Source: an uncultured Gemmatimonadales bacterium (GTDB lineage Bacteria > Gemmatimonadota > Gemmatimonadetes > Gemmatimonadales > Gemmatimonadaceae). Taken from it: a DNA stretch of 52,450 nucleotides. Made by a program: the position numbers and the translations under genes. Every line of letters starts with the position of its first letter. Positions within the stretch are counted from its first letter, which is position 1. Shown in pieces: positions 9,261-19,240 of the stretch. The notes under the pieces are model-generated. The model was not told the DNA's origin. It searched no databases and saw nothing but the letters and a program-made list of their open reading frames with translations. The stretch covers positions 1 to 52,450 of the forward strand of contig CAWBZV010000023.1 in assembly GCA_963793305.1 (NCBI GenBank). Direction: 5' to 3'.

Positions 9261-9299
9261 GTCGGGGAATGTCCGACGGCGGTCGAGCAATCGCCCGAC
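9261..9299. promoter_or_regulatory. Tandem operator boxes, near-identical to 24882-24920
   Basis: GTCGGGG-AAT-GTCCGAC (9261) and TCGAGCA-ATC-GCCCGAC (9283). Confidence 0.7.
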
Positions 9300-9473
9300 A
9301 CGCACACACACGCATCGCGGCGCCGCTGGCCGGCTGACCGCGTTCTTGAACAGTCTGTGCGTCTGGGCGCTGGGCCAGCCTCAGGGCCTACAGTGCCAAT
9401 CGATCCTACGTGGGTCTGCTCGACGAGATCGGACTCGACGCATCGCGGCGAATGACGAGCGATGCGCGAGTTC

Positions 9474-9713
9474 TCACGGGTGACTCTTCTCAGCCTCGCG
9501 GATCAGTCGCCAGAGCGGCGTTCTTAATCCCCGGGCGACGCGCGCGACGATATCGAGTCGACTGCTCCCGGCGCCGCGCTCCACGTTGCGTATGGTGTTC
9601 GCGCTGACACGGCAACGCGTGCCCAGCTCGCGCCAGGAGAAGCCCATCGCGCGACGTCGACGGGCCACGGCCACTCCGAAAGAAACGGTCAACGGATCCG
9701 AGGTCGCCCGCAC
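9474..9713 (-). CDS. XRE-family helix-turn-helix protein
   Basis: FGVAVARRRRAMGFSWRELGTRCRVSANTIRNVERGAGSSRLDIVARVARGL. The start is uncertain. Confidence 0.75.
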   Translation of the reverse strand: MRATSDPLTVSFGVAVARRRRAMGFSWRELGTRCRVSANTIRNVERGAGSSRLDIVARVARGLRTPLWRLIREAEKSHP

Positions 9714-10024
9714 GGGCCGTTGTCGAGGTGGTTCATGACATGAGATGCGAAAAAAGACACTGTGGGCCGTCACCGTATGGGATCCGGTCGAGACTCTTCT
9801 TCGTCCGGGTAATAAGACGCGGGACGAGCGCGATCTGCGTACGGAGCACATTCGCCTCATGGCGTTGACTCTCTCAGGTCCGCCCCCAACGCGACATATG
9901 TGGCCCAGACGACGAACGAGCAACTGCTGCGGCAGGCCGCGTTGCCGGAGACGAGGCGATTCGACGGCGCGACGCATTACATGCCGGGCGAGCGTTGATC
10001 ACAGTTATGGCATCTGCCGTCGGG

Positions 10025-10570
10025 TCACGGGCGAGACTCTGCGCGGTGGTCGCATCGTTGAAACGCTAGGAACTGGTGGACCGCCGCGATCGCGTCCGGA
10101 TCGTGCGTCGTGATCCGCAGCGAGCCGCCTCTTGGCAGGTTGGTCATCGTGTACGTGATCATGGCGCGCTTGGCGGCCATGGTCGCGGTGCCGGGAACGT
10201 TCCGCATATGCACGAACATGGGTGTCGAGAAGTCGCCCGTACCGAAAGCGCGCGCGATCATCCGCAGATGGTGTCGGATCATGGCAACACCGGCCGAGTC
10301 GGCGATGTTGCGCTCGAGCTCGATGCGGCCTCCGTGAGGCAGGTCGGTGAAGTGGTGCGTCGAGGTGTACTGATCGACGCCCATTGCCTGGGCGCCGCGC
10401 GCCTGCATCGCGTGATATGCGCTGTCGCGACCATCGGTCGTGTCGTGCATGTTGTGCATGTCGCACTCCTGCGCCCGCAATGGTACGAGGGCTACGATTT
10501 GGAGCAGTGCGAGTGCGCTGAGTCGGCGCGCTTGGACAACGGGCGATAAATTCCATACATCGATTCGCAT
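10025..10570 (-). CDS. Secreted His/Met-rich conserved hypothetical protein
   Basis: Signal-like LSALALLQIVALVPLRAQ, then MHNMH, STHHF, IRHHL, FVHM, VHQFLAFQRCDH. Confidence 0.7.
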   Translation of the reverse strand: MRIDVWNLSPVVQARRLSALALLQIVALVPLRAQECDMHNMHDTTDGRDSAYHAMQARGAQAMGVDQYTSTHHFTDLPHGGRIELERNIADSAGVAMIRHHLRMIARAFGTGDFSTPMFVHMRNVPGTATMAAKRAMITYTMTNLPRGGSLRITTHDPDAIAAVHQFLAFQRCDHRAESRP

Positions 10571-10626
10571 CCGATTCTCCCGAGATCAGGATGCGATCAG
10601 TGTAGGCTTTCGTGCATGAGCGGCGC

Positions 10627-10642
10627 TGGGACCAAAGTCTCA
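10627..10642. promoter_or_regulatory. CRP-type site between divergent genes
   Basis: TGGGA-CCAAAG-TCTCA, two mismatches to TGTGA-N6-TCACA, just upstream of the Crp/Fnr gene. Confidence 0.5.
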
Positions 10643-10653
10643 TTTGAGGTGCC

Positions 10654-11361
10654 TTGATCAGCCTGGACGCACTTCCTCGGGTTCCGTTCCTCGACCAGCT
10701 GTCGCTTGTGGCACGGCGCGCGCTGGCGGCTCGTGCCTCGGTATGGCAGTTCCGCACTGGTGAAGTGCTCTGGACCGCCGGCAGCCCGATCGATCGCATG
10801 CTCGTTGTGATCGAGGGTGAGGTGCGCGTGATCCGGGAGTCGGGTGGGCGTCAGCATGTGCTGCACACCGAGGGTCCGGGTGGGACCTTGGGTGAGGTGC
10901 CGTTCTACAGCGGCGGATTGGCGCCGGCGACCGCTATCGCCACCGTGGCGACGCAGTGTCTGATATTGTCGCGCGAGGCGATCGAGGCGGCGATCGTGGC
11001 CGACCCCGCGGTGGCGTGGGTGCTGCTCGACCGCCTGGCATCGCGTGTACGGGGACTGGTGGAGCGAGTCGATCGATTGGCGTTGCAGAGCGCCACGACC
11101 CGGCTGATCGGGCTCTTGCTCGCCAAAGTTCCGCGAACGACGATCGGTGGCGACGCCGAGGTGAGCCTTGGCATGTCGCAGGAAGCGCTGGCTGCGGAGC
11201 TCGGGACTGTGCGCGAGGTTGTGGTACGTGCGCTCCGATCGTTGCGAGAGGGCGGACTGATCGCTAGCGCCGGCCGCGGGCGCGTTCACATCGAGGATGT
11301 TGCTGCGCTCCGCCGAATGATGGCCGATGCTGACTCGGCGGCAGCAGACGATCCGGTATGA
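10654..11361 (+). CDS. Crp/Fnr family transcriptional regulator
   Basis: cNMP-type domain (VVIEGEVRV...GTLGEVPF) and HTH SQEALAAELGTVREVVVRAL. There is no FNR Cys cluster. Confidence 0.92.
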   Translation: MISLDALPRVPFLDQLSLVARRALAARASVWQFRTGEVLWTAGSPIDRMLVVIEGEVRVIRESGGRQHVLHTEGPGGTLGEVPFYSGGLAPATAIATVATQCLILSREAIEAAIVADPAVAWVLLDRLASRVRGLVERVDRLALQSATTRLIGLLLAKVPRTTIGGDAEVSLGMSQEALAAELGTVREVVVRALRSLREGGLIASAGRGRVHIEDVAALRRMMADADSAAADDPV

Positions 11362-12137
11362 CCGGCTCGTCATCGCGACGGGCGCCGAGCCGGCGAGGCC
11401 GCGGATCGCGGGATTGGATCTGCCGGGCGTGTTTGTGCTCCACACGATGGATGACAGCTGCCGGGTACACGAGTTCCTCACCGAGCACGAGCCGCGGTCG
11501 GCGGTGATCGTCGGCGCGGGATACATCGGGGTCGAGATGGCGGACGCACTGACGCACCGCGGCCTCGACGTGACGCTCGTGAGTCGTCAGGGCTCGGTAT
11601 TGCCAACGATCGATGCGGAGCTCGGCCGCGTGCTCGAAGACGAGCTGCGCGCGCGCGGTGTGCGCGTGGTGACGGGCGTCAATGTCGCGGCAGTTCGCCG
11701 GATCGGTGGGCACGCAGGTCGTGAAGGTATTCGACCTGGCGGCCGCCCGGACGGGACTGCGGGACGACGAGGCGCGAAAGGCCGGGCTCGACGCGGTGAC
11801 GGTCGAGTCGGTCGTGTGGGATCACAAGGCGTACTACCCGGGCGTGCGCGGGCCGCGGATCCGGGTGACCGGTGATCGGGCGACCGGACGATCGCTCGGC
11901 GCGCAGATCGTCGGGGACTGGCGGTCGGAGGTGGCGAAGCGGATCGAGGTCTTCGCGGCTGCGTTCAATCACCGAATGCCGGTCGACGAGCTGAGCGACT
12001 TGGATGTGAGTTGCACGCCGCCGACGGGCAGCCCGTCGGACGCCGTGCAAATGGCAGCACAGGCCTGGGCGGTGTCGGTCGGCGGCGTCCGGCGCACCGT
12101 TCACACGCAGGATCTTCCCGCGAACCAGAGAGCGTGA
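11345..12137 (+). pseudogene. CoA-disulfide reductase/NADH peroxidase remnant
   Basis: YDRLVIATGA and IVGAGYIGVEMA, then directly (other frame) the dimerisation domain GTQVVKVFDL...HKAYYPG. The N-terminus and the middle FAD segment are missing. Confidence 0.8.
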
Positions 12138-12140
12138 GTC

Positions 12141-12554
12141 ATGGCCAAACAGGAATCCCATCCGCACCGGTCGGTGGATCACTTCGTGTTCTTGATTACG
12201 TGCGGGTTCCTCGCGCCGCCGTTTATCGCGTGGCTCGTGATGTCGAGTCGCGCGACCGGGGACGAGACGGCGTTTACGCTATTCGCGCCGTTTGCGGCGT
12301 CGATCGTGTTGATCATCGCGCTGCTGCTCATCGAGTGGGTCGAGAAGCGTGTGGCTGGCTCACGTCCGGGGTGGCCGGCAGCGTTGTATGCGTTACCGGT
12401 CGCGACGATCGCATCGGGGCTGTCGTTTGCGGTCATCGATCCGGGTCACCATTGGTGGCGGGACGGGCTCGCCGGCCTCGCGTGGGGGACGGCGGCGGCG
12501 GTGATCGGGTGGCGGCGCTGGCGTCAACGAGTGGGCGAGAAGGATATTTCCTAA
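12141..12554 (+). CDS. Hypothetical membrane protein
   Basis: Four hydrophobic segments, tightly spaced with its neighbours. Confidence 0.55.
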   Translation: MAKQESHPHRSVDHFVFLITCGFLAPPFIAWLVMSSRATGDETAFTLFAPFAASIVLIIALLLIEWVEKRVAGSRPGWPAALYALPVATIASGLSFAVIDPGHHWWRDGLAGLAWGTAAAVIGWRRWRQRVGEKDIS

Positions 12555-12567
12555 TGGGAGCGCCATC

Positions 12568-12954
12568 ATGAGCTCGAAGCGACTCATCACGTGGTTCAGC
12601 GTCGTTTCAGCACTACTCGTGTTGTGGGGTGCGGTATTCGCGTTCTTCGGCCTTGGAGTCCTGCCAGTCGATCGGAACGTGCTGCTCCCGTGGGAGAGTG
12701 CGCTGTACGGCGCGATCATGATGGGTTGGGGAACAACCCTGTTGCTGATCGGCCGGGTTGCACTCCGGCACGACAATCCTGAACTGACGAGACCCCTGCT
12801 GGTCGGGATCGCGCTATGGTTGCTCGTCGAGGCGGGATTCTCCGCGCGGTTCGGCGTGTGGTTCAACGTCGGCGTCGATTTCGCCGTGCTGCTGCTGTTC
12901 AGCGTGCCGTTGATGGCGAGTCTCCGAGCATCCCGGAACGCACGAGACCCGTGA
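12568..12954 (+). CDS. Four-helix membrane protein (intact paralog of 1423-1806)
   Basis: ATG after GGGAG. Differences from the other copy are largely synonymous or conservative, which supports coding status. Confidence 0.8.
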   Translation: MSSKRLITWFSVVSALLVLWGAVFAFFGLGVLPVDRNVLLPWESALYGAIMMGWGTTLLLIGRVALRHDNPELTRPLLVGIALWLLVEAGFSARFGVWFNVGVDFAVLLLFSVPLMASLRASRNARDP

Positions 12955-13049
12955 ACCCGCGGCTTCATGGCGGTTGACGCGCATCTAATGTGGACGTACG
13001 CCCCGCCGGCGTCGGGAGGGCGGAGCCATCGTCACCCGCCGGCAATCGG

Positions 13050-14006
13050 TCACGAGCTCCCGATGAGCACGCCGGTCGCGAACACGAGCGCACCACCCAG
13101 GCCAACCTGCAACGCGGCTGACAGCGGCGGCGTGTCCATGAATCGATGACGAATCCACGTGATCGCTCCCAACTCACCGACCACGATGACAACCGCGGCC
13201 GTCATGGCGAGCCGGAACTCGGGGATGAGAAACGGCAACGTATGGCCGATACCGCCGAGCGCCGTCATGAGGCCGCAGATGAGTCCACGGGCCCACGGGT
13301 GTCCGCGGCCGGTGAGACTCCCATCATCGGATAGCGCCTCGGCGAATCCCATACTGATGCCGGCGCCGACCGAGGCGGCGAGTCCGACCAGGAAGGCGTC
13401 GTAACTCCGGTGCGTCGCGAAAGCGGCCGCGAACACCGGCGCCAGCGTGGAGACGGAGCCATCCATCAATCCGGCGAGCCCGGGCTGGACGACCTGCAGC
13501 ACGAAGAGCCGCCGCTTCGCCTCTTCTTCCTGGCGCTTGACGTCGGGTTTTAGCTTCTCTTGCTCCAGCGCTTCGGCACGCGCCTCGTGCGAGCGCTCCT
13601 CCTGAGCCAGGTCGTCGAGGAGCCGGCGCAGGCTCGGGTCCTGCGTGCGCGCGGCGGCGCGCTCGTAGAACCGCCGGCTTTCGACCTCCATCGTACTGGC
13701 TTGCTTCCGTACCGCGTCCAGCCCGAGCGGTTGCACGAGCCAGGTCGGGCGCCGATGCACGAACCCGCGTACGTCCTGCCGCCGGATCAGCGGGATGTGA
13801 TCGCCGAAGCGCTGCCGATACAGATCGAGCAGCCGCGCGCGGTGCGTGGACTCCTCGGTCTTCATGCCATCGAACACGGCCGCAGACGCGGGAAACTGGG
13901 CCCGCAGCCCGTCGGCGTAGTCGGCATAGATGCGCTCGTCCTCCTCCTCGAGCGAGATCGCGAGCGCCAGCACTTCCTTTTCGGTCAAGCTCTGGAATGC
14001 GCGCAT
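13050..14006 (-). CDS. mbfA: Rubrerythrin-VIT1/CCC1 fusion, iron exporter
   Basis: N-terminal ferritin-like EEED...EESTH...EERSH, then [17 protein letters not shown] and [16 protein letters not shown]. Confidence 0.92.
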   Translation of the reverse strand: MRAFQSLTEKEVLALAISLEEEDERIYADYADGLRAQFPASAAVFDGMKTEESTHRARLLDLYRQRFGDHIPLIRRQDVRGFVHRRPTWLVQPLGLDAVRKQASTMEVESRRFYERAAARTQDPSLRRLLDDLAQEERSHEARAEALEQEKLKPDVKRQEEEAKRRLFVLQVVQPGLAGLMDGSVSTLAPVFAAAFATHRSYDAFLVGLAASVGAGISMGFAEALSDDGSLTGRGHPWARGLICGLMTALGGIGHTLPFLIPEFRLAMTAAVVIVVGELGAITWIRHRFMDTPPLSAALQVGLGGALVFATGVLIGSS

Positions 14007-14084
14007 TGGGTCACCAAATGGTTGCGATCGCCATCTCGGATTCTCGTCGTGTCATGAATCTGCTGCTTCGATCGCTCAATACGA

Positions 14085-14519
14085 GTGATGCGGCATGCTC
14101 TGAGGTATTGGGCGCCGGTCGTGGCACTGATCGGGCTTGCCAACGGCGCCTTTCTCTGGTGGGCGTCGATGGATGACGAGGTCTGGAAGGTCCGTCATAC
14201 GATCGGTGTGGTGATCATGCTGCCGTCCCTCGTACTGTGGGCCCTCGCTCGGCATCAGCTCGGGGCGTCGTTCACCGGGCGACCGAAGGCCAGAGCGCTC
14301 GTCACACACGGTCTCTATTCGAAGATCCGGCACCCAATCTACGTATTCGGTGAGCTGCTCAACGTTGGCCTGTTCGTGTTCTTCGGGAAGCCATGCCTCT
14401 TCCTGGTTTTTCCGATCACGATCGTCGTACAAGTGCTCCGAGCCCGGATGGAGTCCCGGGTGCTGGAGGCAACGTTTGGCGACGACTATCGCGCCTACCG
14501 GGCCCGCACTTGGTTCTAG
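14085..14519 (+). CDS. Isoprenylcysteine carboxylmethyltransferase/PEMT family protein
   Basis: LVTHGLYSKIRHPIY and ESRVLEATFGDDYRAYRART. Confidence 0.85.
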   Translation: MMRHALRYWAPVVALIGLANGAFLWWASMDDEVWKVRHTIGVVIMLPSLVLWALARHQLGASFTGRPKARALVTHGLYSKIRHPIYVFGELLNVGLFVFFGKPCLFLVFPITIVVQVLRARMESRVLEATFGDDYRAYRARTWF

Positions 14520-14568
14520 CGTTCCTCGATAACACTTACGGGACCGACCTGTTACTCCTGAAATCCCT

Positions 14569-15133
14569 ATGAAACCGAATTCGGATCGCGTGAAAACCGT
14601 CATGGCGACGCTTCTCGGATCAGTCGTCATAGGAGCGCTCCTGGCCCTCGTCGTCATCGCCGAGGGCATTCTGCCGGCCAACGCAGAATGCGAAGCCTGG
14701 AGCACTCGAGACGTGGGCAGCGAAGACATCCCTCCATGCGACGCTGGCGCACGCAACGCGCACGCTGTACGGTCCCGTCGCTCCCACTGATTCGATGCTC
14801 ACGGATGGCGTGCGGCTATACCACACGAATTGCGCCGCATGTCACGGTGCCGCTGACGGCAGACCATCGGCGGTCGCGCGGGGCCTGTACCAGAAGCCGC
14901 CGCAATTCGCCAAGGACGATGTCACTGACGATCCGGTCGAGGTGACGTACTGGAAGATCACCCACGGCATTCGGTTTACCGGAATGCCTTCGTTCAGCAC
15001 CACGTTGTCGTCCGACCAGCGCTGGGCGATCGCGTCCTTCTTGCGACACCAGGATTCGCTGCCGCCCACTGCGGCCGCGGCGTGGAAAGCGCTCCCCAGC
15101 GCGGCTGACACCGGTACGACGACGCAGCGCTAA
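14569..15133 (+). CDS. Membrane-anchored class I cytochrome c, frameshifted
   Basis: TM anchor to GILPANA in one frame. NCAACHG, GIRFTGMPSF and QRWAIASFL lie in another frame. Confidence 0.8.
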
Positions 15134-15176
15134 TGGTTGTGTCATAAATTCGCCGCGTCAACCGCTCAATACAGCG

Positions 15177-15542
15177 GTGACGTCAAAGCGCATCTCCCAA
15201 GGTCGTGGTCGATCCGCGACACAAGCGTGGGCTACGCGAGGCGGGACGCTACGCGATGTCCAACGCCGGCGGATGGCGATCCTGATGGAGTTGCGTGCCG
15301 GCCGTTCGCCGAAGGCGATCGCGAGGCGTTTCGGTCTCGACATCCACACCGTGTACAATGTCCGCGCGTACGGCCTGCTCCCCCGGGCCTGGACGTTCTG
15401 GCGCGTCGGTGCCACGGTGCACTGCGACGACGGCAGCGGCGAGCTCGTGAGGTGGAAGACAGCCGATGCTCGGGCGGCACGCGTTGGCCGCCGTCGCCTT
15501 CGAGCGGGCGTGAACACGGCCGTCCGTTCAGCGGCTCGGTGA
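15177..15542 (+). CDS. Possible small HTH protein
   Basis: LRAGRSPKAIARRFGLDIHTVYNV resembles a helix-turn-helix. The rest is unrecognised. Confidence 0.35.
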   Translation: MTSKRISQGRGRSATQAWATRGGTLRDVQRRRMAILMELRAGRSPKAIARRFGLDIHTVYNVRAYGLLPRAWTFWRVGATVHCDDGSGELVRWKTADARAARVGRRRLRAGVNTAVRSAAR

Positions 15543-16214
15543 ATCCTCGGCTGACATCGAGATACGATACGATCCATCGGCCTCCAGTACTCCACTGGTG
15601 TGTACGATCGCACCGCGCCGGACAAACACCGCATGTTCACCGATGCGAATGGATACGGCAGGAAGATCCGCCGGCGTCGGCAACTCAATGTCGTACGTCA
15701 CGCCCGTCGTGCGTGTGTCAACGACGATCGTGCCATGCCCGACCGTATACGTCGAGCCGTCGGCGTTTGCCGTGACGGCGACGCGTGTGCCCGCGGTGGG
15801 GCGAATGCGCAGCACGCCGCCTGGTTGGGCGGTGCGGAAGATGAGGTCGACATGCCCGTCAGGGACGATCGCGACGCCCCGCGGAGCGACCGGCGCACGG
15901 GCGACGGATGGCGCTGTCGACTGCACGACCCGGGCGGGCGCTGGCTGAGCGGCTTGGCGCGCGCCGATCACACGGGCGACGAATTGCCGCACGGCCGGCA
16001 GTGCCGCCGCCGCGACGGCCGCGCCGAGGCCCAGGATGATCGCCCCACGCCGAACCGCAGTCGTGATGGCTCTCGCGGAGGGGCTGGCGCCAAGTGCTAA
16101 TCCACCGGCCCGGCGCTGGATCGACGCGAAGTCCAGCGGTGGTGTCGCGTGGTCGAGGAGGCGAAGAAGAGCGGCAACCTCGCGGTCGGCGAGATCCGCG
16201 TCAGTCGAATGCAT
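15528..16214 (-). CDS. Putative single-pass anti-sigma factor
   Basis: ATG after AGGAG at the ECF sigma 3' end. One TM (AIILGLGAAVAAAAL), a Pro/Ala linker and a beta-rich C-domain. Confidence 0.6.
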   Translation of the reverse strand: MHSTDADLADREVAALLRLLDHATPPLDFASIQRRAGGLALGASPSARAITTAVRRGAIILGLGAAVAAAALPAVRQFVARVIGARQAAQPAPARVVQSTAPSVARAPVAPRGVAIVPDGHVDLIFRTAQPGGVLRIRPTAGTRVAVTANADGSTYTVGHGTIVVDTRTTGVTYDIELPTPADLPAVSIRIGEHAVFVRRGAIVHTSGVLEADGSYRISMSAEDSPSR

Positions 16215-16738
16215 GGCGCAACTCCTGTCGGTGACTCGGCGCCGACGGCCTGACGGAAGACTCGCGTTGCACGGACGAGCAGAGTGCCCACGCTTCCCTC
16301 GGCGACATTTACCGCGCGGGCCAACTCGCGGTAGCTATAACCCTCGTGACGGAGGAGCAGCAACATGCGATCGCGCTCGGGCAACGCGTCGAGTGCGGCC
16401 CGGACCCGAGATCGTGCCTCATGTACCATCACGCTGGCGTCGGCGGCCGGTGGCTCATTCACCTGTGCGGCGTCGGCGGCGTACTGCACCACCAGCTCCT
16501 CGCGTCGGCGCGCCTGCCGCTGGTGATCGCGAACGAGATTCGTAGAGACGGTCGCCAACCAGGCACGAGGATCATCGGGCAAAGCCCCGCGTCGGTAAAG
16601 CCGCGCGAACGTATCCTGCGCCAGGTCCTTGGCCAACTCCGGATCGCCGGTCAAGCGATCCAGGTAGCGGAACAGCGATGCGAACTGCGCGTGATAGAGC
16701 GCCGCTACGGCGTCGGAAAACGGGTCTGCGTCGGGCAT
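16097..16738 (-). CDS. ECF sigma-70 factor
   Basis: AKDLAQDTF, RAWLATVSTNL and LRHEGYSYRELARAVNVAEGSVGTLLVRA. The C-tail overlaps the next gene. Confidence 0.92.
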   Translation of the reverse strand: MPDADPFSDAVAALYHAQFASLFRYLDRLTGDPELAKDLAQDTFARLYRRGALPDDPRAWLATVSTNLVRDHQRQARRREELVVQYAADAAQVNEPPAADASVMVHEARSRVRAALDALPERDRMLLLLRHEGYSYRELARAVNVAEGSVGTLLVRATRVFRQAVGAESPTGVAPCIRLTRISPTARLPLFFASSTTRHHRWTSRRSSAGPVD

Positions 16739-16792
16739 CTCAAAGAAAGGAACGGCCGAGCGGTCAATGCTGTGACAGGCGCTGAGGCACGG

Positions 16793-19240
16793 TCAGTACG
16801 CCCAGCTCAGTCCCACGAGCACGGTCCGGGGCATGAGCGTCACGCTGCGGAGCGAGCCGCCGGGACTCGCGGGGACTTCCCCAACCAGGTTCGCATGATT
16901 GAAGATGTTGGCGAGTGTGACGAACGTGGACAGGCGGCCGCGGGCCGGTCCCGTCTGCCACTGGTGAGTGAGTTGTAGATCAGCGCGGAGATACGGTGGC
17001 AGCCGCGCCGCTACGGCCCACAACGTCGCGAGATCGTGGTCGATCTCCCCCGGTCCGGTGACGGGAGCGTCGTCGTCTCGTCCGAGGATCGTTCCGTCCA
17101 GTCCCGGCGCGCGCTGCCCAAATCCTGCCCAGCCCGCGAGACGGACTTGTGTCAGGCGATCCACCGAAATGCCCAGGGCGGCCGATCCCGCCTGACCGAG
17201 CTCCGAGGTCGCGTGATAGCTTACGCCGCCGGCCGATTCGATCGTGCGCCCCACGCCGTAACCGGCTTGCCACCTGAGACGGCCATGCGCGCCGTTCACC
17301 TGCGCGGCAAGTCCGTCGATGTGCGCCGACGCCCGCACAAAGCCCGTGGCGGCGAACAGCGAGCGTTGCAGGGGGTCGGCGGCGGCCAGCCCAGAGAGCG
17401 CCCGGGCGTAGCCATCGAACGAGAGGCGGGTTGTGGTGCCGAGCTGGGCGACGATGCCTGCGGTCCCCACATCGCTCTGCGCGAGCGGCACACCGCCGGT
17501 ACCGGCGACGACGGGCAATTCTACGCCGATCTCGGCCCCGAGCGGCGACTCCGAGTTGCGCAGCGATTGCACCGCTTGATGCGTGCGTGCGTATCCGACC
17601 GTCGCCATGAGGCCCGGCAGCAGGCGCAACTCACCATCGACTCTCGGCTCGAGACGAGCCGTCAGTCCGAGTATTGCCATGCCGCGCACGCCGGTCGTGA
17701 TCCGCCACGTGCCGTCGGCCGGCCCCCAATGACGCTCGGCGAACGCCAATGCGATCGCCGGGGTGCCTCCGAGTCCGAGCGGCGACCGGCGTAGGTCGGT
17801 CGTAAGTCCCAGGGAACGCGCCCCGGGGACCACTGCATCCAACACCCGGTAACTGCTGCTGAGTACATCGAGCGACGCGCCCACTCGTACCAAAGCCCAA
17901 GTCAACTGTGTGGCGAGCTCCGCCTGGCTCACGCCGTCACCGAGACTGTGTCGTGTGCTGTCAGCCGCCGCAGGAACGGTCGCGCTGAACCGGGCGGCCG
18001 ACACATGGGATTCCAGCTGGACCTGAGCGCCGAGGCGCTGGGTCCACACGAGACCAAGCGTGCCGGTGCCCCACGATATGTCGCTTGACGACGGCGCATC
18101 AGACGAAGGTCCATCCTTGTAAGGCGAGGCGCGATCGGCGCTCGCGAGCACGACGAATCGCACGGTTGTGGCACCGGTGGTCATTTCGGCTGCTGCCACC
18201 CCGTCGTTCCAGTGGTCGCGCAGTGGTCCCGCATCGTTCGCTAGCAGATCGTCGTTGCTGTGGCGAACCGCGATCCGGAACCCTCCCGTGGCAACGCCCA
18301 GCGCAAGCGGATGGGCCCACGTTGCCCGCGTCGCGGCCGGACCGAGAGACGCGGCACCCGTCGAGCCGAGCACAGGCGGTGCGCGGGTCTCGACATCCAC
18401 GACGCCACCCAGTCGGTCGCCAAGGTTCGCGGGGATGGCGCCATCGTGGACGGTGACGCTGCCGATGGCATCGGGGGTGATCGCACTGAGGGTTCCACTG
18501 CCGTGCACGGGACTCCACACCGGGAGGCCATCGAGTCGTACCAGGAGTTGGTCTGATGTACCTCCGCGGTCCATCAATGCCCCCGGCCAGTCGGGGCGTA
18601 GGGCGAGATGTGGATCCGCACTCAGCGTGCGCATGATGTCCGGCTCTCCGGTCGACGCGAGTGAGAGTCCGGGGTCGCTGTGCCACGACCACGTATCGCC
18701 ATTCTCCCAGTCGCCGCCGAACGACGTCGGGTGGGCGGCCATCGGCGATCCACGCACGTGGATCGAGTCGAGGACGGCCATCTGCGGTGATAACGCGATG
18801 TCGACACGGAGCAAGCCGCGCGCGGGTACCGTCACCAGGACCGACATCGTGTCGTACCCGGCGCGCGTCACCTGCATCATTAGAGTGCCAGGCGAGACAC
18901 CCGTGAGTCTGTAGGCACCGGTGCTGTCCGAGCACACGGCGGTGCCCAGTTCGGTCAGATCCACGCGCGCGCCGGGGACCGCCGTGCCAAAAACGCTGTT
19001 CCGCACGACCCCGGTAATCGTCGCCCCCTCTGTCGTGTCCCGAGTCAACATCTCCGCGGGACCCGGCTGGAACCATTGCTGGCAATCGCTCGACGGATTG
19101 GGCGCCGCGAATACCGACTGAGCCGCGAGGATGAGGGACGCCCCGGATGCGGTTGCGAGCACGACGACACGGAGGCGGCCGCGCGAACGGGCGCCTGTCA
19201 CAAACCGGCCGCCCGAACGTTCCCTATTGGAATGATGCAC
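16793..19240 (-). CDS. TonB-dependent receptor with carboxypeptidase-regulatory-like N-domain
   Basis: ITGVVR...VPGARV...SDSTGAYRL, a plug region (RGGTSDQLLVRLDG, GDRLGGVVDV) and C-terminal NIFN...PRTVLVGLSWAY. The start is uncertain. Confidence 0.85.
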   Translation of the reverse strand: MHHSNRERSGGRFVTGARSRGRLRVVVLATASGASLILAAQSVFAAPNPSSDCQQWFQPGPAEMLTRDTTEGATITGVVRNSVFGTAVPGARVDLTELGTAVCSDSTGAYRLTGVSPGTLMMQVTRAGYDTMSVLVTVPARGLLRVDIALSPQMAVLDSIHVRGSPMAAHPTSFGGDWENGDTWSWHSDPGLSLASTGEPDIMRTLSADPHLALRPDWPGALMDRGGTSDQLLVRLDGLPVWSPVHGSGTLSAITPDAIGSVTVHDGAIPANLGDRLGGVVDVETRAPPVLGSTGAASLGPAATRATWAHPLALGVATGGFRIAVRHSNDDLLANDAGPLRDHWNDGVAAAEMTTGATTVRFVVLASADRASPYKDGPSSDAPSSSDISWGTGTLGLVWTQRLGAQVQLESHVSAARFSATVPAAADSTRHSLGDGVSQAELATQLTWALVRVGASLDVLSSSYRVLDAVVPGARSLGLTTDLRRSPLGLGGTPAIALAFAERHWGPADGTWRITTGVRGMAILGLTARLEPRVDGELRLLPGLMATVGYARTHQAVQSLRNSESPLGAEIGVELPVVAGTGGVPLAQSDVGTAGIVAQLGTTTRLSFDGYARALSGLAAADPLQRSLFAATGFVRASAHIDGLAAQVNGAHGRLRWQAGYGVGRTIESAGGVSYHATSELGQAGSAALGISVDRLTQVRLAGWAGFGQRAPGLDGTILGRDDDAPVTGPGEIDHDLATLWAVAARLPPYLRADLQLTHQWQTGPARGRLSTFVTLANIFNHANLVGEVPASPGGSLRSVTLMPRTVLVGLSWAY

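Noticed and set aside
10627..10642. GGGACCAAAGTCTC as a DosR box
   Set aside because: It is a single copy, fits a CRP-type site equally well next to a Crp gene, and no DosR-like regulator is in the window.
15177..15542. Transposase or IS element
   Set aside because: There is only an HTH-like stretch, with no DDE domain or terminal repeats seen.
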